Of a stretch of 25,402 bases of DNA, positions 8,725 through 16,449 are shown piece by piece. Under the pieces are notes generated by a model. The model was not told the DNA's origin. It saw only the letters and a list, made by a program, of their open reading frames with translations, and searched no databases. Numbering within the stretch: the first letter of the stretch is position 1; every line of letters starts with the position of its first letter. Made by a program: the position numbers and the translations under genes. The stretch is from an uncultured Hyphomonadaceae bacterium (GTDB lineage: Bacteria > Pseudomonadota > Alphaproteobacteria > Caulobacterales > Hyphomonadaceae). Location of the stretch: assembly GCA_964472435.1 (NCBI GenBank), contig CAYYNG010000001.1, positions 1 to 25,402 on the forward strand. The letters are read 5' to 3'.

Positions 8725-10271
8725 TCGGCCACCAAGCCGCTCGCCCGCCCCATGACGTGGAAGATTTCGTTCTGCTCCATCACGCCGCTGACGAGTTCGG
8801 CGCCCGGGCCGCGGGCGAAGACCGGGACGTCCTCGCCGGCATGGGTCTCAGAGGGCGCCGGGATGAGGACTTGCTGCTGGAAGTCCCGCGCTGTCGTGTC
8901 GACGTCCGAGAGGTCGGCGCGCCGGCAATCGGCGGTCTCGTCGGTCGCCCCGAGACACGGCGCGCTTGCCCCGTTCGCGTAGGAAAGGGTGGTGTAGGGG
9001 AGGCCGTCCGCCGCCGTCGCCACGGCGCCTGTCGGGTAAAGCACCTTGCCCAGGATGGGGTTGTTGCGGCCCGGATAGCCCTGGATGGTCAGCGTGTGGG
9101 AATGGTCGGCCGTCACGATGACGAGGGTTTCGTCCGGGTCCGTCAGCTCTAACGCCGTCGCCACCGCGCGGTCGAACGCCGCGGCGTCGGCCAGCGCCCG
9201 CGCCGCATTCGTGCCGTGGTGAGCGTGGTCGATGCGTCCTCCTTCGACGAGAAGAACGTAGCCGTCCTCATCACGTGACAGTCGCGTGATCGCGGCGGCG
9301 GTCATGTCTGCGATCGAAGGCTCCCCGTTCGCGTCGCCCGGGCGATCCAGTTCGTACCGCATATGGGAGGGTTCGAAGAGACCCAGGATCCGTGCATCGC
9401 TGGCAAAATCGGCGGCGTCGAAGCCTGCTTGATCGAACACAACGGCGTGGTCGGGGCTCTTTGCAGTCCACTCGTCGATGAGGTTGCGGCCATCGCCCCG
9501 CGAGCCGTTAAGCGCGTTATTTTCAGGGTCGGCTGCGTCCGAGGGCAGGAAGTGGCGCCGGCCGCCGGCGAGCGCCACCTCGAAACCGTCGCCGCTTGGC
9601 CAATCGATGAATTGCACGGCGATGTCCGGGCAATCGCCCTGTACTTCGGTGTCGTCCTCCCAATCGCGGGAGGCGCTTTCAGCGAACGTGGCCGCCGGGG
9701 TGGCGTGGGTCAGCCGGGTCGTGCTGACAAAGCCGGTCGCGAGGCCGGCGTTCTCGGCGAGTTCGAACAACGTATCCGTGCCGGCGCCCGCCTGGCTCGG
9801 ACAATTGCCGAAGCTGGCGGCGGTGGTGAGGCCGAGGGTGCGCGAGCGCGACTTGATCCCCGTCAGCATCGCGGTGGCTGTCGAGGCGCTGTCGGAGACC
9901 TGCGCGTCGTGGGAATAGGTTTTGGAGAGCGCCACGTGCGGAAGGGTCTCCATCGCCAAGCGATAGGACTCGCCGTCGACCCCTTGGGACTGGCCGGCGT
10001 AGATGCGTGCAGCGGTGACAGTGGAGACGCCCATCCCGTCGCCGACGAACAAGATGATGTTCCGCGCCCGGCTCGGCGCCCGCCCTTCGGCCCGGCGATC
10101 GACCGCCGCTTTCGCCGAGCGGTAATACGCGTCTGCGGCCTGTTTCGGGGTCACGGCCACGCGGGCCGGGGGCGCTACCGATTGCGCATCGGCGCGGTTC
10201 GGCCGCGTGCTGGCCGAACAGGCCGTGATCACAATGAGCGCAAGGGCGGCGAAAAAGGCGTGGTACCGCAT
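8721..10271 (-). CDS. phoA: Alkaline phosphatase (PhoA family), predicted lipoprotein
   Basis: Motifs IILFVGDGMG, DSASTAT (phosphoserine), THATPAA, VEGGRIDHAHH, VTADHSH, ETHAGEDV. N-terminus MRYHAFFAALALIVITAC is lipoprotein-like. Confidence 0.92.
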   Translation of the reverse strand: MRYHAFFAALALIVITACSASTRPNRADAQSVAPPARVAVTPKQAADAYYRSAKAAVDRRAEGRAPSRARNIILFVGDGMGVSTVTAARIYAGQSQGVDGESYRLAMETLPHVALSKTYSHDAQVSDSASTATAMLTGIKSRSRTLGLTTAASFGNCPSQAGAGTDTLFELAENAGLATGFVSTTRLTHATPAATFAESASRDWEDDTEVQGDCPDIAVQFIDWPSGDGFEVALAGGRRHFLPSDAADPENNALNGSRGDGRNLIDEWTAKSPDHAVVFDQAGFDAADFASDARILGLFEPSHMRYELDRPGDANGEPSIADMTAAAITRLSRDEDGYVLLVEGGRIDHAHHGTNAARALADAAAFDRAVATALELTDPDETLVIVTADHSHTLTIQGYPGRNNPILGKVLYPTGAVATAADGLPYTTLSYANGASAPCLGATDETADCRRADLSDVDTTARDFQQQVLIPAPSETHAGEDVPVFARGPGAELVSGVMEQNEIFHVMGRASGLVAD

Positions 10272-10317
10272 GGTTCGAGATCCTGTCGGACGGTTCGAGG
10301 TCGTCGCTAGCATGGCA

Positions 10318-11220
10318 CTATGACACTTTCACAGCGGCCCCCGCAGGCCGTCTTTGAGATATTGCAACGCCGGCCAGAACCAAGCCCGCGCCGACGATCT
10401 GCGGGCCCGTCAGGGCTTCGCCGAACAATCGCCAGGAGACGGCGGCGGCCGCGACCGGCTGGACAAGAACGACAAGCCCCGCAACGGCCGCCGACGTGCG
10501 CCCCAGTCCGGCGATGATCAGGCCCTGGCCGAGCGCTTGGACGGCGAGCGCAAGGTAGAGCGGCATTGCAAGATCCGAGAGCTGCTGCGGCAGGAGGCGC
10601 TCGCCCGAAACCGCGACTAGCCCGCCGGCGACGACCACCTCCACAGCCGTCGCCCAAAAAATGACGTCGAAAGCGCCCATCGAACGCCGGGCGATGGCCG
10701 CGCAGAGCATGTAGCCCGCCACCAACATCGCGGCCCCCGCCGCCAGCGCATCCCCGCGGGGATCCGTTATGCCGCCGGCGCCGCCGCCCAGGGACAAAAG
10801 CGACGCTCCGCCGAGCGCGACGACCACGGCGAGCAACCAAGTCGAGGTCAGTCGTTCGCGCAGAAACAGCCATGCGGCGAGGCCGACGCCGATGTTTCCA
10901 AGGTTCACGAGAAACGTCGCGTTCGCAACAGACGTCAGCGTCAGCGCCCAGTGCCACAGGCCGATATCAAGGGCGAAGAACGCCCCCGCCATCAAGGCGA
11001 ACCGATTGGGTCGGACCGGCGGGCGGCCCTCCACCGCGCGCACGAGGAGAAAAAGAACCGGCAGCGCCATCAAGTATCGCCAAAAAGCGGTCGATTGAGG
11101 CCCCATGTCCGACAGCCGAAGCCCGATCGGCGCGAAGCCGATGCAGATACCGCCGGCGAGGACCAGCGCCGGGCCGATCCAGGGAGTCGGCCGGACGGGG
11201 GCCGTTGCGATGTCCGTCAC
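10318..11220 (-). CDS. DMT/EamA family transporter
   Basis: About 10 hydrophobic segments in two EamA-like repeats. The GTG start overlaps the gluQ stop (GTGA). Confidence 0.88.
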   Translation of the reverse strand: MTDIATAPVRPTPWIGPALVLAGGICIGFAPIGLRLSDMGPQSTAFWRYLMALPVLFLLVRAVEGRPPVRPNRFALMAGAFFALDIGLWHWALTLTSVANATFLVNLGNIGVGLAAWLFLRERLTSTWLLAVVVALGGASLLSLGGGAGGITDPRGDALAAGAAMLVAGYMLCAAIARRSMGAFDVIFWATAVEVVVAGGLVAVSGERLLPQQLSDLAMPLYLALAVQALGQGLIIAGLGRTSAAVAGLVVLVQPVAAAAVSWRLFGEALTGPQIVGAGLVLAGVAISQRRPAGAAVKVS

Positions 11221-12062
11221 GCGACCCCCGCCGCCCAGAGAATATCGGCCGCCGTCATGCCTTCGTTCCGCATCGCCTCAACCGTTTTCGATCGGTCGCT
11301 TTTAGACAGTCGTTTCCCGTCTGGCCCAGTCAGAAGCGCGTGATGACGGTATATCGGCGTCGGCCAACCCATAAGCGCCTGTAATAGAACCTGAATATGC
11401 GGCGCGTCGATCAGGTCTTCGCCACGGATCACGTGGGTGACGTCCTGCAGCGCGTCGTCATGGCAGGCCGCCAGGTGATAGGCGGCCGGGGCGTCCTTCC
11501 GGGTCAAGGCCACGTCGCCGAACCGATCCGGCCGGGCCTTTTGCGTTTCCGGCGCGCCGCCACGGCTGGGTTCGATATCGAAACTGAGGCTTTCGTATCG
11601 GGCTCCCCCGAGCGCCTCTTTCGCGCGCTCGAGCGACAGCCGCCAGGCGAAAGGGGCGCCCTGGGTCAGCTTTTCGGACTCCTGATCAGCCGGCAGCGGA
11701 CCGGAAACAAACGCGGTTCCGTCATCGGCGCCGGTCGCCTCCGCGATCTCGCTGCGCGAGGCGAAACAGCGGTAAAGAAGACCGCGGGCGCGAAGTGTCT
11801 CAATGGCGTCAGCGTAGTCGCCGAGATGGTCGGATTGGCGGCGGACATCCCCGTCCCATTCCAATCCCAGCCACTTGAGATCCTGATAGATCCCCGTTTC
11901 GTACTCGGGCCGGCAGCGGGTCTGGTCGACATCTTCAATGCGCAAGAGCGCGACCCCGCCCGCCGCGTCCGCCGCACGGCGCACCAAGACCGCCGAGAAG
12001 ACATGGCCCAAATGCAGCCGGCCCGTGGGCGAGGGTGCGAAGCGGGTGACGAAACCGGTCAA
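11217..12062 (-). CDS. gluQ: tRNA glutamyl-Q(34) synthetase GluQRS
   Basis: TRFAPSPTGRLHLGH (HIGH-like), LRIEDVDQTR, DDALQDVTHVIRGEDL, KRLSKS. It is about 280 aa with no anticodon-binding domain. The start is uncertain (TTG 12062 chosen; GTG 12110 possible). Confidence 0.88.
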   Translation of the reverse strand: MTGFVTRFAPSPTGRLHLGHVFSAVLVRRAADAAGGVALLRIEDVDQTRCRPEYETGIYQDLKWLGLEWDGDVRRQSDHLGDYADAIETLRARGLLYRCFASRSEIAEATGADDGTAFVSGPLPADQESEKLTQGAPFAWRLSLERAKEALGGARYESLSFDIEPSRGGAPETQKARPDRFGDVALTRKDAPAAYHLAACHDDALQDVTHVIRGEDLIDAPHIQVLLQALMGWPTPIYRHHALLTGPDGKRLSKSDRSKTVEAMRNEGMTAADILWAAGVA

Positions 12063-12243
12063 AGGGGGTCGGGCTCCTCGAGGGATGGCGGGCGGCCGCC
12101 CCCCCGCCACTGGGTGTTCCGTCGCAGCTGCGGTGGCGATTGCGAAAATGCAAGTGAAAAGACGTTCTGCGGAACGGCGCTTGCTTGTTGCTCCGGGGCC
12201 GCGCCGACATTAAGGCGCTTGGATCATCGGGATTGTCCTTATC

Positions 12244-13302
12244 ATGTCGATCGCTGAACGCTTCGGTGCGCTGATCGCGCCGCTAAACGCGCCCATCGAC
12301 GCCGCCGATACGCTGGCGGTGGTGGGCGGCGCTGTGTTGGCCGGGCTCGCCGCCTCCCTCATGGCGCACGCCCTTCGCTGGACGGTCGCGGCCGTCCAGA
12401 CGATCGACGCGTTCGTTCGAGACCGCTCGGCGCGGCGCCGCAGCGATGTCGGCCTGCACGTGCGGATTGCCGCGGGACGCGGGCGCCGCGCCCGGCGGGC
12501 GGCGCGGTTTCTGGAAGGCGCGCTGCGCGCGGACTTGCCGTCCTTCTGCCTTGCCGCGGAGACGTCGGTGCGCCGGGCCGGCGGCGCGCCGATCCGGAGC
12601 GCCGTGGCGTTGCGGCGGCGCTTGATTCGGTCGGGCGCGACGGCGGTTTTGTCGGCTGAGGTCGAAGGCCGCGGCGAAGGCGCATTGACGATCAGGGGGC
12701 TTCTGTGCCGCGCTGCGCCCAACGGCCCGGATCTCAAGACGATCGACGCCACCTTTTCCGCCGATCCAGCGGAATGGACCGCGAACTATGGCCGCGCGGC
12801 GGCCTATCTCGTCGCCAAACGGCTTCAGCCCCTGCTTGCGACGCCGGCGAACTTCCGCGAGGCGCGGATCCGAGCGCTCGGCGACACGCTGTACTCAGCG
12901 CTCGCGGCGGCGCCTGATCTTCCCCCGGCGGTGCGCGCAGAAGTGGAGGCCGACTATTGCGCCTATGCCCTGCAGCTTGCGGCGCTGACCCGGGAGACCG
13001 CGAGCCTTGACCAGATCATCTCGCTGCGCGGCGAGACCTTAGCCGACGACGCCTTTCTCTCGGCTGCGCCCGCCGCCGCGCCAATCGCACGGATCGATAT
13101 CGGATGCGCCCTCCTCGCCAAGGCGGAGATCCGATACGACCCCCGCCTCGTGCAAGCTGCGATCGACCATCTGAAATCCGCCATCGAGACGCTGTCGACC
13201 GAGCCGCGCGTCCAACGCTTGCGCGCTGCATCGGACGCAATCGTCAAAGCGCAGGAGCTGCTCGCCTCCCGAAAGCGGTTCTCGATCATGGGCGGTCTTT
13301 AG
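12244..13302 (+). CDS. Hypothetical protein with N-terminal transmembrane segment and Ala/Leu-rich helical C-terminus
   Basis: A 352-aa ORF fills the gap between gluQ and msrA and has a hydrophobic stretch [21 protein letters not shown]. No family was recognised. Confidence 0.7.
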   Translation: MSIAERFGALIAPLNAPIDAADTLAVVGGAVLAGLAASLMAHALRWTVAAVQTIDAFVRDRSARRRSDVGLHVRIAAGRGRRARRAARFLEGALRADLPSFCLAAETSVRRAGGAPIRSAVALRRRLIRSGATAVLSAEVEGRGEGALTIRGLLCRAAPNGPDLKTIDATFSADPAEWTANYGRAAAYLVAKRLQPLLATPANFREARIRALGDTLYSALAAAPDLPPAVRAEVEADYCAYALQLAALTRETASLDQIISLRGETLADDAFLSAAPAAAPIARIDIGCALLAKAEIRYDPRLVQAAIDHLKSAIETLSTEPRVQRLRAASDAIVKAQELLASRKRFSIMGGL

Positions 13303-13952
13303 GCGGAGACAGGTCCCGCGGGGCAGGAAACGCCTGTGCCGCCCAGCCCGCAATATCCGTGCGGGTTCTTCGCAAGATACTGCTGGTGCTCCGGTTCGGC
13401 GTAGTAGAACGGCTGGTCCGCCCGGATCTCGGTTGTGATCGCAGCGGGCCGGCCGGCGTCTTTCAGCGCGTCGGCATAGCGGCGAAGCGAGGCTTCGGCC
13501 GCTGCGGTCTGGGCGTCCGTCGTCGTATAGATGGTGGAGCGGTATTGCGTGCCAACGTCGTTGCCCTGGCGCATGCCTTGGGTCGGGTCGTGGGATTCCC
13601 AGAAGACTTTGAGAAGCGTGTCGAAGTCGACCGTCTTCGGATCGTAGACCACCTCAACCACTTCCGCATGCCCCGTTTTTCCCGAGCAAACCTCGCGATA
13701 AGTCGGGTTCGGGGTGCGGCCGCCCGCGTATCCCGCCGCCGTCATCCAAACCCCGCGCGTCTCCCAAAACTTGCGCTCTGCGCCCCAGAAGCAGCCGAGG
13801 CCGAAGAGCGCGGTTTCGAACCCTTCCGGGGGCGTCGCTTTCAGCGGCCGGTCGTAGACGAAATGCGTCTCCGCCGTCGCGATCGGGTCGGACCGTCCGG
13901 ACAAGGCGGCCGTCTCGGCGGGGAGGGTGGCGGGTTTTCTCTGAAACAGCAT
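13299..13952 (-). CDS. msrA: Peptide methionine sulfoxide reductase A
   Basis: GCFWG active site, [44 protein letters not shown]. Start ATG 13952 has SD AGAGGAG. Confidence 0.96.
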   Translation of the reverse strand: MLFQRKPATLPAETAALSGRSDPIATAETHFVYDRPLKATPPEGFETALFGLGCFWGAERKFWETRGVWMTAAGYAGGRTPNPTYREVCSGKTGHAEVVEVVYDPKTVDFDTLLKVFWESHDPTQGMRQGNDVGTQYRSTIYTTTDAQTAAAEASLRRYADALKDAGRPAAITTEIRADQPFYYAEPEHQQYLAKNPHGYCGLGGTGVSCPAGPVSA

Positions 13953-14054
13953 GGCGGTCGCTCCTCTAGCCTCCTCCAGGTAGGGGCGGGGAGGGGCGGC
14001 GGCAATCCGCGGCTTGCGGGCGAGGCGCGCATGCGTATAGTCCCGCGGCCTTAA

Positions 14055-14144
14055 GGTGAGGTGGCCGAGTGGTCGAAGGCGCACGCCTGGAACGCGTGTA
14101 GGCAGGCAACTGTCTCCAGGGTTCGAATCCCTGTCTCACCGCCA
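14055..14144 (+). tRNA. tRNA-Ser(GGA)
   Basis: 90 nt. Acceptor stem GGTGAGG/TCTCACC plus GCCA; anticodon arm CACGC-CTGGAAC-GCGTG (GGA at 14089-14091); long variable arm; T-loop GGTTCGAATCC. Confidence 0.97.
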
Positions 14145-14212
14145 GCTCCGTTTAGGCGGTGTTAACCGGCCCGTTTCATCGTCCGGGGAAAATTCCCCCA
14201 GGAGATATAGCC

Positions 14213-14704
14213 ATGTCCCGACTGACCGCCGTTCGTTTTCTGCTCGCCGGCGCCGCCGCTGCGGGCCTCGCCACGGCCGCCGCAGCCCAAGGATTGGAAA
14301 CGCGCCAGACCGTGTCCCGCATCGAATTCTCCGAAGGGCCGAACGGCGAGACGGTTCGCAGCGAAGTTTCGGCCGAGACCGTCGCGCCGGGCGATCGGGT
14401 CCGTTATCAGCTTTCGTTTTCCAACGCCGGCGCCGAACCGGCGTCAGCGATCGCCCTAGTGATGCCGATCCCGGCTGAAACTGTCCTGATCGAAGGCACC
14501 CCGGAAGCGACGCTGTCAGCGACCACCACCTATTCTGTCGATCAAGGCGTCACGTTCGCTCCGTTGGATGTGTTGGAAGTCGCCAGCGGCGAGTTGGTCC
14601 GCCCAGCCCGGGCCGGCGATGTCACCCATGTCCGCTGGGCCGTGCTCGACGATGTCGCGCCGTCTGCTACGGGATCCGTAGCGTTCGAAGCGCAAGTCCG
14701 TTAA
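14213..14704 (+). CDS. Cluster gene A: secreted single truncated DUF11-like domain protein (putative chaperone or cap)
   Basis: SD AGGAG; Sec signal ending AAAA|Q; DUF11-like PGDRVRYQLSFSNAG...PIP; C-terminus ...GSVAFEAQVR*. Confidence 0.85.
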   Translation: MSRLTAVRFLLAGAAAAGLATAAAAQGLETRQTVSRIEFSEGPNGETVRSEVSAETVAPGDRVRYQLSFSNAGAEPASAIALVMPIPAETVLIEGTPEATLSATTTYSVDQGVTFAPLDVLEVASGELVRPARAGDVTHVRWAVLDDVAPSATGSVAFEAQVR

Positions 14705-14723
14705 CCCTGTTAATTTGTAAAAC

Positions 14724-14767
14724 CAGGTGGGCTTTCAAGTTTTGTTGAAGGCTCGCCTGCCTTTTTT
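14724..14767 (+). terminator. Probable Rho-independent terminator after gene A
   Basis: 15-bp stem CAGGTGGGCTTTCAA/TTGAAGGCTCGCCTG (three G-U pairs), 6-nt loop, followed by CC and TTTTTT. Confidence 0.7.
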
Positions 14768-14887
14768 GCCCCATTTCAGCCTTGTTTTTGCAGCGGCGGC
14801 GAAAATTCCCAAGAACCGCTTAGGTTCGCTTTAATCAATTTCAGAGATTTCGTGGTTCATCAGACCCTAACCGTGGCGGATTGAACC

Positions 14888-16228
14888 ATGACGAAACGTG
14901 ATTTCCCGGCGGCTCGCTCCGCCAAACTGAGTTCAGCGGCGGTCGCCGCGCTGCTCTTCGCTGCTGGCGCGCACGCGCAGGCGACGCCTCCAGCAGACAA
15001 TAACTTCACCGACGCCGGTACGGCCGTCGAAAACACCTTCACCCTGGACTACTCGGTCGCGGGCGCCGCCCAAGACACGATCACCAATGACGACAGCCAG
15101 GCCGGTGTGGCCGGCGTGATCGTCCAAGGCACGCCGACCCAGTTCCTCGTCGACCGGATCGTCGACCTCGACCTGATCTCGATCGACCCCTCCTCGACCT
15201 TGGTCGTCGCCCCGGGCGCGCCGGCGGCGGCGGGCCGCGTCGGCCCGGCCGGCCCGGAATTGTCCTTCCTCCTCACCAACACGGGCAACGACAACCAAGC
15301 CTACTCGCTCGCCCTGACCGATGGCGCGGACAGCAACGGCGCCGATCTAAACTTCGACGCCACCCCTTACGTGATCCGCGTCGTCGTCGACGATAATGGC
15401 ACGCCGGGGTTCCAGACAACCGGCGCGACCCCGGATACGATCACCACGATCACGGAGCTTGCATCGACCAACAACGCCAACGCCGCAGCCGGCGAGTTCA
15501 CCGCCGACGTGGCGCCGGACGATACGATCCTGATCCTTGTCGAGGGCGACATTCCTGAGATCGGCGACGACCTCGACTCTGACACGAACCCGGACGATCT
15601 CGACAACACGACCGATGATCTTGTTCTGACGGCGCGGGCGCGGGATCCGAACGCGTTTGCGATCGGCGGCGCGCCGACCACGCCGGGCGCGGTGACCACG
15701 GCGTCGGCGACCAACGACCTCGCCACCGCCGACAATGTGCTGATCGATGGAACCGGCGCGACCGACGGAGCGGCCGACGGCCTCTTCTCCGCCGCCTCGC
15801 GCTTCCTGATCGCATCGCCTGACCTTGATGCGGTCAAGACGGTTCGCGCGCTTCAGGATGTCGACGGCGTTCTCGCCACCTGCGACGGGATCGCGGCCAC
15901 GGCGGATCCGGTTCCGGCCCAGGATCCGAACGTCTTCGCCACTCCGGGGACGTGCGTTGAATACATCATCCGCGTCGTGAACCAGGGCGACGCCGGCGAC
16001 ACGGCGTCGGATGCGACGGACCTCGACGTCCTCGACGTTCTGCCGGACAATCTCACCTTCGTCTCGGCCAGCACCGACGGGTTCACCGGCGGCGCCTTCT
16101 CGGGCACCCTTCCGTCCCAGGGCGATGCCTGCGACGGCACGGCCGGCACCTGCGAAGTCGACTTCGAGAACGCCACCCTGGCGAGCGGCGCGATCGGCCG
16201 CGTGATCATTCGGGCGGTTATCGGATAA
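14888..16228 (+). CDS. Cluster gene B: secreted acidic DUF11-domain protein (putative major fibre subunit)
   Basis: Signal peptide ending AHA|Q; N-terminal AGTAVENTFTLDY strand; central FLLTNTGND motif; C-terminal PDLDAVKTV...PGTCVEYIIRVVNQG...DVLP...GRVIIRAVIG*. Confidence 0.88.
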   Translation: MTKRDFPAARSAKLSSAAVAALLFAAGAHAQATPPADNNFTDAGTAVENTFTLDYSVAGAAQDTITNDDSQAGVAGVIVQGTPTQFLVDRIVDLDLISIDPSSTLVVAPGAPAAAGRVGPAGPELSFLLTNTGNDNQAYSLALTDGADSNGADLNFDATPYVIRVVVDDNGTPGFQTTGATPDTITTITELASTNNANAAAGEFTADVAPDDTILILVEGDIPEIGDDLDSDTNPDDLDNTTDDLVLTARARDPNAFAIGGAPTTPGAVTTASATNDLATADNVLIDGTGATDGAADGLFSAASRFLIASPDLDAVKTVRALQDVDGVLATCDGIAATADPVPAQDPNVFATPGTCVEYIIRVVNQGDAGDTASDATDLDVLDVLPDNLTFVSASTDGFTGGAFSGTLPSQGDACDGTAGTCEVDFENATLASGAIGRVIIRAVIG

Positions 16229-16253
16229 TCTTCGCGAGACGAGCAAAATCAAG

Positions 16254-16285
16254 AAAGCCCCGCGCCCAAGGCGCGGGGCTTTTTT
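16254..16285 (+). terminator. Rho-independent terminator after gene B
   Basis: AAAGCCCCGCGCC-CAA-GGCGCGGGGCTTT followed by a T-run. Confidence 0.9.
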
Positions 16286-16449
16286 CTTTTCAAACCCCGT
16301 GAAATTTCACTGAAATCCAAACTCAGTCATCAGGAAAATATTTCTCCGTAAATGCGATAGTAATCATGGGCCGGCAAAATAGGCCATAAAGAAACGCAAA
16401 TATAAGCGCCAAACAAGGTTAACCCGCGGCGCAATGATGGTGGTTGCAG

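Noticed and set aside
10272-10317. Pho box upstream of phoA
   Set aside because: There are no CTGTCAT-like 11-bp-spaced repeats. The only repeat is a CTCGAACC pair (minus strand) 21 bp apart, which I cannot interpret.
12086-12109. GC hairpin TGGCGGG...CCCGCCA upstream of gluQ
   Set aside because: It has a short stem and no T-tract, and is expected by chance at this GC content.
13953-14084. N-terminal extension of MsrA given by the ORF track
   Set aside because: It overlaps the tRNA-Ser gene and its promoter. ATG 13952 has a strong SD and gives a normal-length MsrA.
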